64,000 bases of DNA, taken from the sequence record SRR31156797_613; one strand, 5' to 3'. The notes below the pieces were generated by a model. It saw nothing but the letters and a program-made list of their open reading frames with translations, was not told the DNA's origin and did no database searches. Below, piece by piece: positions 40,517-49,209 of this stretch (positions are counted from its first letter, which is position 1; each line of letters opens with the position of its first letter). Made by a program: the position numbers and the translations under genes.

Positions 40517-41674
40517 TTATTTTACTGTTACAATTATTGGATCATAGTAAACTTCTTCTCCAACATTCAAGTCACCGCTTCCAAAGGTAATTTTGAACTG
40601 CTCCGGCAAATCATATGCAGGGTCCATAAAGTATATTGATTCTAGGTACGTAGAACCATCATCATTTTTTCCATAACCAAAACTTGCCATTTCAGTAAAA
40701 GGAGAACTAGGAAAAAACTCATCATTTAGGCTATATACATGCATAAATAGATATCCATCCATTTCTTTTCCCCAATTTAGATCATCTTCCTTATATGCAC
40801 GAACAATTATCTGTGTACTGGTTAAAGCTTTTGTTATCGGCAGGATTTCAACTATAAAGTCACCTCTGTTGAATTTGCTTTCTTCCAGTTCAATTACTTC
40901 GGCATTATCTTCATGTGAAGTATTTACGCTAAAAGGTAATTCTACAACATGCTCTATTGTGTCACCTGGAGTTTCTCCATAGTGATATATTACAACCTTT
41001 AACTTAAACACTGTTTCACTTGTTATATCTGCTTCTACATCACGCAAATCATAAGCAAAAAGCTGACGATAAATATGTGGGTCATTATAGTTCTGTATAT
41101 TTACAGTACTATCTCTTACTTTTTCATCACCTACAACGAGATTACTAGCTCTGATAAATCCAATAAAATGTACTTTCGTATACTCATCCAAAGTAGGCAT
41201 AGGACTTCCGTCTGCTTTTCTGACATTATATCCTACAACAAGTTCAGCACCATCATAGGCAACATAATCCTCGATTCTAAATTCATATCCATCCATAATA
41301 ACTGGCTGAATTTCTGATTCATAGTCTGTAATCAGCTCAGTATCCTGCTCTGTTTCTTCAAGGATTGTTTCACTATAAACCATATCAGGTACTGGTGTAG
41401 GCAGAGGTACTTCAATTATTTGCTCTACCTCAGTATTATTACCAAAGACATTTAGTATAGTATCACGAAAAGTCATTCCCTGTGCTAATACTGGATTAAT
41501 ACCCCATGTGATTATAAACATTATAAGCAATGTTGCAGCAGATGTTAATGTACACTTAATAAATTGATTAGTTTTTTTTGTATTTTTTCGATTCGGCAAG
41601 GTATTCAAAGTTCTTTTAATTCTATTATGTACAACTATCGGACATTCACCAACAAAATCATATTCATTTATCAT
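40517..41674 (-). CDS. Probable anti-sigma factor (single TM, extracellular domain)
   Basis: P..V..RI..TL..LP N-terminus, TM, NP.LA; overlaps the ECF sigma stop. Confidence 0.75.
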   Translation of the reverse strand: MINEYDFVGECPIVVHNRIKRTLNTLPNRKNTKKTNQFIKCTLTSAATLLIMFIITWGINPVLAQGMTFRDTILNVFGNNTEVEQIIEVPLPTPVPDMVYSETILEETEQDTELITDYESEIQPVIMDGYEFRIEDYVAYDGAELVVGYNVRKADGSPMPTLDEYTKVHFIGFIRASNLVVGDEKVRDSTVNIQNYNDPHIYRQLFAYDLRDVEADITSETVFKLKVVIYHYGETPGDTIEHVVELPFSVNTSHEDNAEVIELEESKFNRGDFIVEILPITKALTSTQIIVRAYKEDDLNWGKEMDGYLFMHVYSLNDEFFPSSPFTEMASFGYGKNDDGSTYLESIYFMDPAYDLPEQFKITFGSGDLNVGEEVYYDPIIVTVK

Positions 41675-42221
41675 AGTTTTCCTCCTTAAGCATTTCTCGC
41701 ATCTCGTTACGTGCTCTCAGCAATCTGGATTTCACTGTTCCCTCAGGAATATGTATTATTTTAGAAATCTCTCTTACCTTGTATCCTTCGATGTAATGTA
41801 ATACAAAAGGCACTCTTTTATTGATATCAAGGTGGTATATTGCACTTTCAATAGCAATCATATCGTCAATGTTTGTCCTATAGCTAGCAGTATCATTATC
41901 GTAAAGTGGTTCAAATTTTTTCTTCTTTGCAATTCTATAGCATTCTCTTAATACGATTCTAATCAGCCAATGTTCAAAGAGTTTGTAATCCTTAAGCTTT
42001 GGTAAGTTTATCCATGCCCGTATCAGTGCTTCTTGTATAGCATCTGCACAATCAGCATCATTTTTTAGTACTGAGCGGCTGATTCTGTATAATTTATTTT
42101 CAATCTCCAATACTAATTCAGAAAATGCAGATTTATCACCATCTACTGCTCTTTGAATTCTATTATCTGCAGTTCTATCACTGATATTGGTCTTTTGTAT
42201 TATTCGTAAACTTTCAGTCAT
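41664..42221 (-). CDS. ECF sigma factor (SigV-like)
   Basis: DCADAIQE, F..WLIRI, EIS.I..IPEGTVKSRL.RAR; ATG 42221 after GAAAGGA. Confidence 0.92.
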   Translation of the reverse strand: MTESLRIIQKTNISDRTADNRIQRAVDGDKSAFSELVLEIENKLYRISRSVLKNDADCADAIQEALIRAWINLPKLKDYKLFEHWLIRIVLRECYRIAKKKKFEPLYDNDTASYRTNIDDMIAIESAIYHLDINKRVPFVLHYIEGYKVREISKIIHIPEGTVKSRLLRARNEMREMLKEENYDK

Positions 42222-42258
42222 AAAATATCCTTTCATTTATTGAATGCACTCATATATA

Positions 42259-42286
42259 AGACCCTGTAAGTTAGGATTTGGTTTCA
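42259..42286 (-). promoter_or_regulatory. ECF-type autoregulatory promoter
   Basis: TGAAAC - 17 bp - GGTCT just upstream of the sigma gene. Confidence 0.6.
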
Positions 42287-42474
42287 AATAATATTACTTC
42301 TTTATTTTTCAATATTACATTCCTTACATGAGTATAACATTTTTACATTATTTAGAAATTAATTTATGACAATCCATGCGTACTATTGTAATCTTGGATT
42401 ATAGATATACGTCTATATTTTGGAGGTTTATTTGCGTTATAGGTTAGATAAATTGTAGGTTAAAAAAATAATAT

Positions 42475-42530
42475 TTGACATAATCACTAAATAGTATATA
42501 ATATAACTGTATTAATACAGAGCAAACACT
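42475..42530 (+). promoter_or_regulatory. Sigma-A promoter followed by YtrA-type operator
   Basis: TTGACA-16-TATAAT; ACTGTA-N13-AACACT resembles the AGTGTA-N13-TACACT YtrA box. Confidence 0.65.
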
Positions 42531-42559
42531 TGTTATTATTACCCAATAAGGAGGTGCAA

Positions 42560-42928
42560 ATGCTTCACATCAACAAATACTCCAGCAAGCCTATATACGT
42601 ACAGATAGTAGAGCAGTACTGCGAACTAATACTATCAGGAGAAATAAGCCCTGGTGATACCTTGCCATCTGTCAGGGTATTGTCAAGAGAATCAGGAATT
42701 AATCCAAACACTGTGCAGCGTGCATATAGAGAATTAGAAACAATTGGACTTTGTATATCAACTCCTGGTAGTAAGAGGATTATTACAAAAGATGCGCTAG
42801 ATATTTTACTGCAAAGAAAGAAAATGCAGATAGATGCACTTAGAAATATCATCAAAGAAATAAAAAGCAATGGAATAGAGCTTGAGGAAATAATGGATTT
42901 AGTAATGAAATACTATAAAGAGGTGTAA
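42560..42928 (+). CDS. GntR family regulator, YtrA subfamily
   Basis: PIYVQI, LPSVR.L, INPNTVQRAY.ELE; short C-terminus; ATG 42560 after AAGGAGG. Confidence 0.92.
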   Translation: MLHINKYSSKPIYVQIVEQYCELILSGEISPGDTLPSVRVLSRESGINPNTVQRAYRELETIGLCISTPGSKRIITKDALDILLQRKKMQIDALRNIIKEIKSNGIELEEIMDLVMKYYKEV

Positions 42929-42930
42929 TT

Positions 42931-43848
42931 ATGATTGAGATAAACAATGTAAGCAAGTCATTTGACGGAAAAGTAGTGCTATCAGATATAAACCTTAAAT
43001 TCGAGGACGAAAGAATCTATGGCATAGTAGGCTCAAATGGTGCTGGTAAATCAACGCTGATGAGAACAATATGCGGAGTATATAACCGTGATAATGGCAT
43101 AATACTATACGACAATATACCCTTTAATAATAAACGCAGTAATCCGCCTGATATGGTGTTTCTTGCAGACACTATCTACTTTGAAAAAAACAATACAATC
43201 AAATCTCTAGCAAAAATATATGCTGCCTATTACCCTAAGTTCAACATGGAAAAGCTAGAAAGTATACTTGATAATTACAACCTTGAATTTGATACAAAGA
43301 TTATCAAGCTATCTAAAGGTCAAAAAAATCAGATGAGAATTGCAATTGCTTTGTCCTGTAACACGAAATATATTTTGATGGACGAAACGCTGGATGGACT
43401 TGATCCATTAATGCGTATAAATACAAAAAAAATAATATATAGTGAAATTGCTGACACAGAGAAAATTGTTATTATTACATCTCACTCATTGAAAGAACTA
43501 GAGGATATGTGCGATTATATAACTATCATTCACGATAATAAAATACTAATATCAGACAGTGTGGAAAGTGTTAAAAACAAATATGTTAAACTGCGTTGTG
43601 CATTTAATGAACCGATTAATAATAAGCAATTATCACAAATAGATATAGTTTCTTCTGATGGTAGTAAAATAATAACTTTAACAGCCAAAGGTGATAAAAA
43701 CAAAATCCTAGAAGAAGTTGATAAACTGTCTCCATTGGTTGTAGAGGATATATCGCTTAATTTAGAAGAAATATTTGTTATCAAAATGAAAGAACTAGGA
43801 TATGGTGAATTGGTGTTTGATAAGGAGGCAGAGAATGAAAAGCAGTAA
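42931..43848 (+). CDS. ABC ATPase (YtrB-like)
   Basis: GSNGAGKST, LSKGQ, MDE..DGLDP, LEEIF. Confidence 0.9.
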   Translation: MIEINNVSKSFDGKVVLSDINLKFEDERIYGIVGSNGAGKSTLMRTICGVYNRDNGIILYDNIPFNNKRSNPPDMVFLADTIYFEKNNTIKSLAKIYAAYYPKFNMEKLESILDNYNLEFDTKIIKLSKGQKNQMRIAIALSCNTKYILMDETLDGLDPLMRINTKKIIYSEIADTEKIVIITSHSLKELEDMCDYITIIHDNKILISDSVESVKNKYVKLRCAFNEPINNKQLSQIDIVSSDGSKIITLTAKGDKNKILEEVDKLSPLVVEDISLNLEEIFVIKMKELGYGELVFDKEAENEKQ

Positions 43849-45835
43849 GAGATTAATAAAATATACTGATTTGAGGAGAAATTTATTTAACTTTATATGG
43901 ATATCATGCCTTGGCATAATAGCTACAGCAGCATTATTAAAAACTAGTAATTTTTTGTGCTTAAATGAAGTTACAATGCCACTGGTAAAAATTATGCCAC
44001 TTGTTGCAGTATTATCTGGAATTAAGTATTCAATTAGTCTTATGAAATTAGTTAAAAATAAAAGTGCTGCTGATTTTGTATACTCGTTACCAATTTCAAA
44101 AACTAAGTATTTCCTGTCAAAATATCTAGCAGCAGCTTGTATGAATTTGATTACTATTATCTTCGTTGGAGTTATCGGAGGGTTGCTCACAGTCAATATA
44201 ATTTCATGGGTATTCATTGGTGATATTTTCTTTGTAATGCTTGAGAGCTTTGTAACATCTATGCTTATTACATCTGTTATGTTTTTATCATTAAGTGCAA
44301 CAGGTAAACCAGGTACCGCCATACTATTATTCACAGGTATCGTTATAGCACCAATGATATTACCTATAACATCTGATTTATATAACTTTTACAATGTCAA
44401 TGCTGATAAAGTGAATTTGCTTTCTCTGCCAAATCTATACACCCTAAATAATGCTGTTTTTTTGCAAATTGAAAGAGATGTAATATATACTGGATTATTA
44501 AAAGCCATTATTTTTACATTCTTATTATCTGTTGGTTATTTTGGAATTGGCTTATGTCTTTTTAGTAAAAGAGATGCTGAAACTACTGGTAATTACACTT
44601 TAAATAAATGGATAAATTACATATGCATGAGCATAATTCCTTTTTATATTATTTATTTTACAATACGACATTCCTTTAATTATTTTTATAGAGAATATAT
44701 GGGATATCAAGTTCTCTTCAGAATAGAAATCATTATCGGACTATTCGCTGTTGCTTTTTTGATTATGATTTTGTATGACATAATTACACAAGGTAAACTC
44801 AGATGGAAGAATAAGGCCATTTGGGTAATGATTGTATTGATATTAATAAGTGTTGGCACATATTATATAGTATATCAAAAAACATTTAATATTAAGCGCA
44901 TTAATATAGACAGCGATGATATTGAACATATCAATCTGGTGTTTCATAAGTATGCATCTTATAACAGTATATATTCTCGTCGCTTGACATATGGCGGATT
45001 GATAGCGGAAGACTTGGATATAATAGATGAGGATATCTTTGATGATATAGAAGACTTCTGCAATAATGACGATATCGATGAACAATCATCAAACAGGGCA
45101 TATCCACTTATAAAAGTAACCTTAAAAAATGGAAACCATGAATATATTTCTCTGCATAATCTAGAGATGGCTAAAAAGGGAATGAGCATACTCTATTATG
45201 GTGATGAATTATTAAATAAGTACTATCTATGCCCACCTGCTGAAATTGTAAAGAATATAGAAATAGGTAATGTTGTACTAGATGATAATCAGACTAAAGA
45301 TATTATAAGTACATATTATAAAGAATATAACAATCTTGATTTGGAAGAAAAAGCATATCATACTCAAAAAACCAATGAATACGCTGAACCAGAACGTAAG
45401 ACACACATTTTTGCAGATATGTATTGTGTTAGTAGAGAAGGTCTAGATACTCTTATTGATTTATTCTATATAACAAAAAATACTCCTGAAACTGCTGAAA
45501 AGATTTTTACATTTGCAAATGCACAGTATTTAGAGGCTGTTACCAATGCAATAATAGAAGATAGTAAACCACATTATAGCCAGGTTAGTATAACAAATAA
45601 TGGCAATATAATTGGAAATGTGGTTACAAAAAGTGAAGAGGACAAAAAAACGCTTGAAGAAATTTTAAAGAACAATGATATAAGCACACCTGATGTAACT
45701 GATAAAATTGCAATAATTGAATATTGGTATGAGTGGAATGGGTTTATGTATAATAGTTCGGCGAAAATATATATTAGCTTAACAGATGAAGAACTTGCTG
45801 CAATATGTGAACTGGATGAATTTATATATAACTAG
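43835..45835 (+). CDS. ABC-2 type permease with large C-terminal extracellular domain (YtrC-like)
   Basis: D...SLPISK...F.SK motif, ~10 TMs; ATG 43835 after AAGGAGG. Confidence 0.78.
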   Translation: MKSSKRLIKYTDLRRNLFNFIWISCLGIIATAALLKTSNFLCLNEVTMPLVKIMPLVAVLSGIKYSISLMKLVKNKSAADFVYSLPISKTKYFLSKYLAAACMNLITIIFVGVIGGLLTVNIISWVFIGDIFFVMLESFVTSMLITSVMFLSLSATGKPGTAILLFTGIVIAPMILPITSDLYNFYNVNADKVNLLSLPNLYTLNNAVFLQIERDVIYTGLLKAIIFTFLLSVGYFGIGLCLFSKRDAETTGNYTLNKWINYICMSIIPFYIIYFTIRHSFNYFYREYMGYQVLFRIEIIIGLFAVAFLIMILYDIITQGKLRWKNKAIWVMIVLILISVGTYYIVYQKTFNIKRINIDSDDIEHINLVFHKYASYNSIYSRRLTYGGLIAEDLDIIDEDIFDDIEDFCNNDDIDEQSSNRAYPLIKVTLKNGNHEYISLHNLEMAKKGMSILYYGDELLNKYYLCPPAEIVKNIEIGNVVLDDNQTKDIISTYYKEYNNLDLEEKAYHTQKTNEYAEPERKTHIFADMYCVSREGLDTLIDLFYITKNTPETAEKIFTFANAQYLEAVTNAIIEDSKPHYSQVSITNNGNIIGNVVTKSEEDKKTLEEILKNNDISTPDVTDKIAIIEYWYEWNGFMYNSSAKIYISLTDEELAAICELDEFIYN

Positions 45836-45910
45836 TTTTGGGTGAAGATTGCGATTAGGTTTATTATCAAATATATTAAATTAATATAGATTTACATTAT
45901 AATATTTTAC

Positions 45911-45963
45911 TTGACAATTATGGTGATATGATATACTCTTAATACGGGTAAATTATATCACCC
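45911..45963 (+). promoter_or_regulatory. Promoter with two operators for BlaI-like repressor 2
   Basis: TTGACA then TGnTATACT; TGGTGATATGATATACTC (45921-45938) and GGGTAAATTATATCACCC (45946-45963), similar in inverted orientation. Confidence 0.65.
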
Positions 45964-45987
45964 TATTATATTTATCGAGGTACCAAG

Positions 45988-46371
45988 ATGAATAGCATTA
46001 AGTTAACAAATGCAGAAAGAAAGATAATGGAAATTATCTGGGAGCATAAGGAACTATCCAACATGGAAATAACTGATATGATTGGTGAAGAAATGAGCTG
46101 GTCAAGGCATACTGTAAAAACATACACTAATTCTCTAACCGAAAAAGGTATGCTGGGAGTTAATCAAATAAGCCAGCGAAAAATCAAGTATTATCCCCTT
46201 GTATCAAAGGAAAGATATCTAGCATGGACAACCAGTAATCATCTGCGAAATAATTATTCACGGCTTTCATATATGGTTGCTGGTCTAATCAATAACGAAC
46301 AGGTAACAGACGAAGAAATTGATGAATTAGAGCAGCTTATCAAAAAGCATAAGGAGCATATAAATGATTGA
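45988..46371 (+). CDS. BlaI/MecI/CopY family repressor
   Basis: LT.AE.KIMEIIW, WSRHTVKT...L.EKG; paralogue of 37538..37915. Confidence 0.9.
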   Translation: MNSIKLTNAERKIMEIIWEHKELSNMEITDMIGEEMSWSRHTVKTYTNSLTEKGMLGVNQISQRKIKYYPLVSKERYLAWTTSNHLRNNYSRLSYMVAGLINNEQVTDEEIDELEQLIKKHKEHIND

Positions 46372-49036
46372 GTTTATAATAACTTTCACTAATATTATTC
46401 TTCTTTCATCCGCTGTAATAGCAGCAGTACTGCTAATAAGATACTTTTTTGCCAGTAAACTGCGTAGTTTTGTCCTGTCTGTATTGTGGATTGCTGTATT
46501 AACAAGGCTGATAATACCGTTTACGTTTAGCTCACCTGTTGACATCAGCAATATATTCAATGACAAGCAATCAACAGATACGAGTATTACAGATAATAAT
46601 ACAGGAAATTTGCAGACAGACAGCATGTATCCAGACAATTTTTCCGAAGAGTACATTGCTGATGATACTGTCAATATAAATACTACTGATGAAATTGTTT
46701 CAGAGAATTCTACTTTAGTACAAAGCGAAAATACTAACAGTACTTCAGAAGAATCATCATTGCTTAAAGAAGTAATTAATACAGTGAAAACTTCACAGTT
46801 TTTATCATTTGCAACAATAATATGGCTGATTGGCGCATGGATTACACTATTGCTAAATATAAGAACAATATTTAATTTTAGTAATAAAGTTAAATTATGC
46901 AATGAGATAAATAATAAGTCTATTCGCAGAAGTCTTACTATTGCAAAAACCAGACTTGGTATTAAACAGCGTGTAAAAGTTCTTCAATGTGAATTTATAG
47001 ATACACCAGTTACATGCGGCTTGATTTCACCAAAGATTTTACTGCCTGCTGGATTTTCACAAGCAATGAACAATGAGAAGCTGTATCTTATCATTCTTCA
47101 CGAACTTTGCCATATCAAGAATCGTGATATTCTGAAAAATTATTTATGGCTCATTGCTAGAATAGTGTATTGGTTTAATCCCCTTGTTGCTATTAGCTAC
47201 AATGAATATCTGGAGGATATAGAATACATTGCAGATGAAAAGGTTCTGGAATGTCTGAATGGGCAATCCACACTAGAATATACACAAAGCCTGCTGGATG
47301 CAGTTAAATTCTCAAATATTAATACAAAAGTTCCGGTTGCTCTCTCTTTCTGCACATCAAAATCAAAATTGAGAAAGAGAGTAGAAGTTATGTTAAACCC
47401 TCAGAAAAAATCAAAACTAGCAGGTATTGCAATACTAGCACTTTGTTTTGTTCTGGTATTCGCCAGCTTTACAACAGCCTGCATAAAGCGAGATGATATT
47501 AATACATCTGCTGAAATAACTGAAAATAATGAAGCAGTATCAGAGGAAGTGCAAATTCAGGAAACACCTGCTCCTACAACAACTACACCACAGGAGACCG
47601 AATCTATACCTGTTGACCAGCCAATTAAGCGTAATCCTCTAGGTTCCGAAGAGGCTGCAATTGCAGTGGCAGAAAGCATAAATGTCTCAAATGCTGACAG
47701 CTTTACTTATATTGGTTACTCGGAAGATCGTGTTCCAAACTATCATATGATACAATCAAATGACGATACACATACTCATTATATGATTTACGAGTTTAAT
47801 GGTGAATTAAGGTATCTGCAAACATCTGTATTTACACAGGACCCTGTTGGGGAAGAACTAAGTACAGATGAATTGATGGAAAAAGTAAAAGAATTTGCTT
47901 ACGAGTTATATCCTAATACTGAATTAACACTGACAAACTGTGAAAAGGAGGATTTTTCCTGGGAATATGAAGGAGAAACATATTATAGCAATGAATATAT
48001 AGCTACTGGAGAACTATATGATAATGTTGATGGTTCAATTCGGAAATTCACTTCAAATGTCCGCCTAGACGGAAAAATCTTAAGTATTAAAGCTGAGTAT
48101 AGCGGACTGGACTATATGGAGCTTTCTGATGATGTAAGAAACAAAATACTCAGTTATGCTGAAACGAATAATACAAATATTGATTTATTCCAAAGAGATG
48201 AATACTACAATGACTATATGCTTCATTTCAAGTTTGATAACGATAATTGTACAATCTCTTTACTGGAATCAGATATGTCCGTTATTGACTACCTCAATAT
48301 ATCAAATGAAACTGATGTTGAATACTCATTGACTAATAGCAAGGCTCATGAACTTGCGCAACAATATGCTGACTTTATCTTTCCAGATAATACATCTGTT
48401 GTAATAGATGATGAGGAAGTTATGCTTGGTGATTATGTTGGCGAGGGTACACTGACTGACAGCCGAGGTACTATGGATTTCTATATAGTACTAAACGGCA
48501 ACGGTGATCTTCATAAAATTGGCATTAAGCCGAATGTAGATAAAACTACTATTGAAAAAGTAGAAAAAGCAGCCGCTCTGCAGACTGCTATTAATACAAT
48601 TAAGGATGACTGTCCCTTCGTAGATGAAAGCAGACTAAAAACATTATCTATTGAAGAATACGAAAACCAATATCATGAAGCTTATAAATTCGAGTTTGAA
48701 TATACTTCACTGAATCCAACAATATATGATTATTCCTTCAATGCATATATTGATATAGATGTTCATTCAGGTGAGCCATTTTCATGGCGTGTAGACTACA
48801 TTGAAGACGGATTGAATTTAATTACTCAGGAAGAAGCAATACAAAAAGCTAAAGAATATATTGTTGCCGAATATGATGTTGATCCTGATAAGCTAGTCTA
48901 TAAGGAGTTTATCGTTATGACTGGCAGAGTTTTGGAATTCCAAGCTAATTTTGATTATGAAGATGGCATATCATATGGTGCATCTATGCTGGCTGATACT
49001 GGTGAACTAGATGGTATTGGATTTGGCTCAAATTAA
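46364..49036 (+). CDS. BlaR1-like M56 metallopeptidase sensor with PepSY-like repeat ectodomain
   Basis: HELCH, YWFNPLV, LRKRV; ectodomain with repeated EEA...A.. helices and D..SGE/ADTGE ends. Confidence 0.85.
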   Translation: MIEFIITFTNIILLSSAVIAAVLLIRYFFASKLRSFVLSVLWIAVLTRLIIPFTFSSPVDISNIFNDKQSTDTSITDNNTGNLQTDSMYPDNFSEEYIADDTVNINTTDEIVSENSTLVQSENTNSTSEESSLLKEVINTVKTSQFLSFATIIWLIGAWITLLLNIRTIFNFSNKVKLCNEINNKSIRRSLTIAKTRLGIKQRVKVLQCEFIDTPVTCGLISPKILLPAGFSQAMNNEKLYLIILHELCHIKNRDILKNYLWLIARIVYWFNPLVAISYNEYLEDIEYIADEKVLECLNGQSTLEYTQSLLDAVKFSNINTKVPVALSFCTSKSKLRKRVEVMLNPQKKSKLAGIAILALCFVLVFASFTTACIKRDDINTSAEITENNEAVSEEVQIQETPAPTTTTPQETESIPVDQPIKRNPLGSEEAAIAVAESINVSNADSFTYIGYSEDRVPNYHMIQSNDDTHTHYMIYEFNGELRYLQTSVFTQDPVGEELSTDELMEKVKEFAYELYPNTELTLTNCEKEDFSWEYEGETYYSNEYIATGELYDNVDGSIRKFTSNVRLDGKILSIKAEYSGLDYMELSDDVRNKILSYAETNNTNIDLFQRDEYYNDYMLHFKFDNDNCTISLLESDMSVIDYLNISNETDVEYSLTNSKAHELAQQYADFIFPDNTSVVIDDEEVMLGDYVGEGTLTDSRGTMDFYIVLNGNGDLHKIGIKPNVDKTTIEKVEKAAALQTAINTIKDDCPFVDESRLKTLSIEEYENQYHEAYKFEFEYTSLNPTIYDYSFNAYIDIDVHSGEPFSWRVDYIEDGLNLITQEEAIQKAKEYIVAEYDVDPDKLVYKEFIVMTGRVLEFQANFDYEDGISYGASMLADTGELDGIGFGSN

Positions 49037-49065
49037 ATAAGTATTTTAGGAATAGGATACTATTT

Positions 49066-49096
49066 TTAAGCAGGTACTATACCTGCTTAATTTTTT
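49066..49096 (+). terminator. Intrinsic terminator
   Basis: TTAAGCAGGTA-CTA-TACCTGCTTAA followed by T6. Confidence 0.8.
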
Positions 49097-49209
49097 ATAC
49101 ATTGATATCTTTTATAATTGTCATAATAATCATATATCTGTATTGTATAGCATGAGGGTATTGTATATTAATTACTGCATTAGTATAATTGTAGAAAAGG
49201 ATAAAAATT

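Noticed and set aside
37917-49036. Beta-lactam resistance (bla/mec) cassettes
   Set aside because: No recognisable penicillin-binding sensor domain and no beta-lactamase or PBP2a gene nearby
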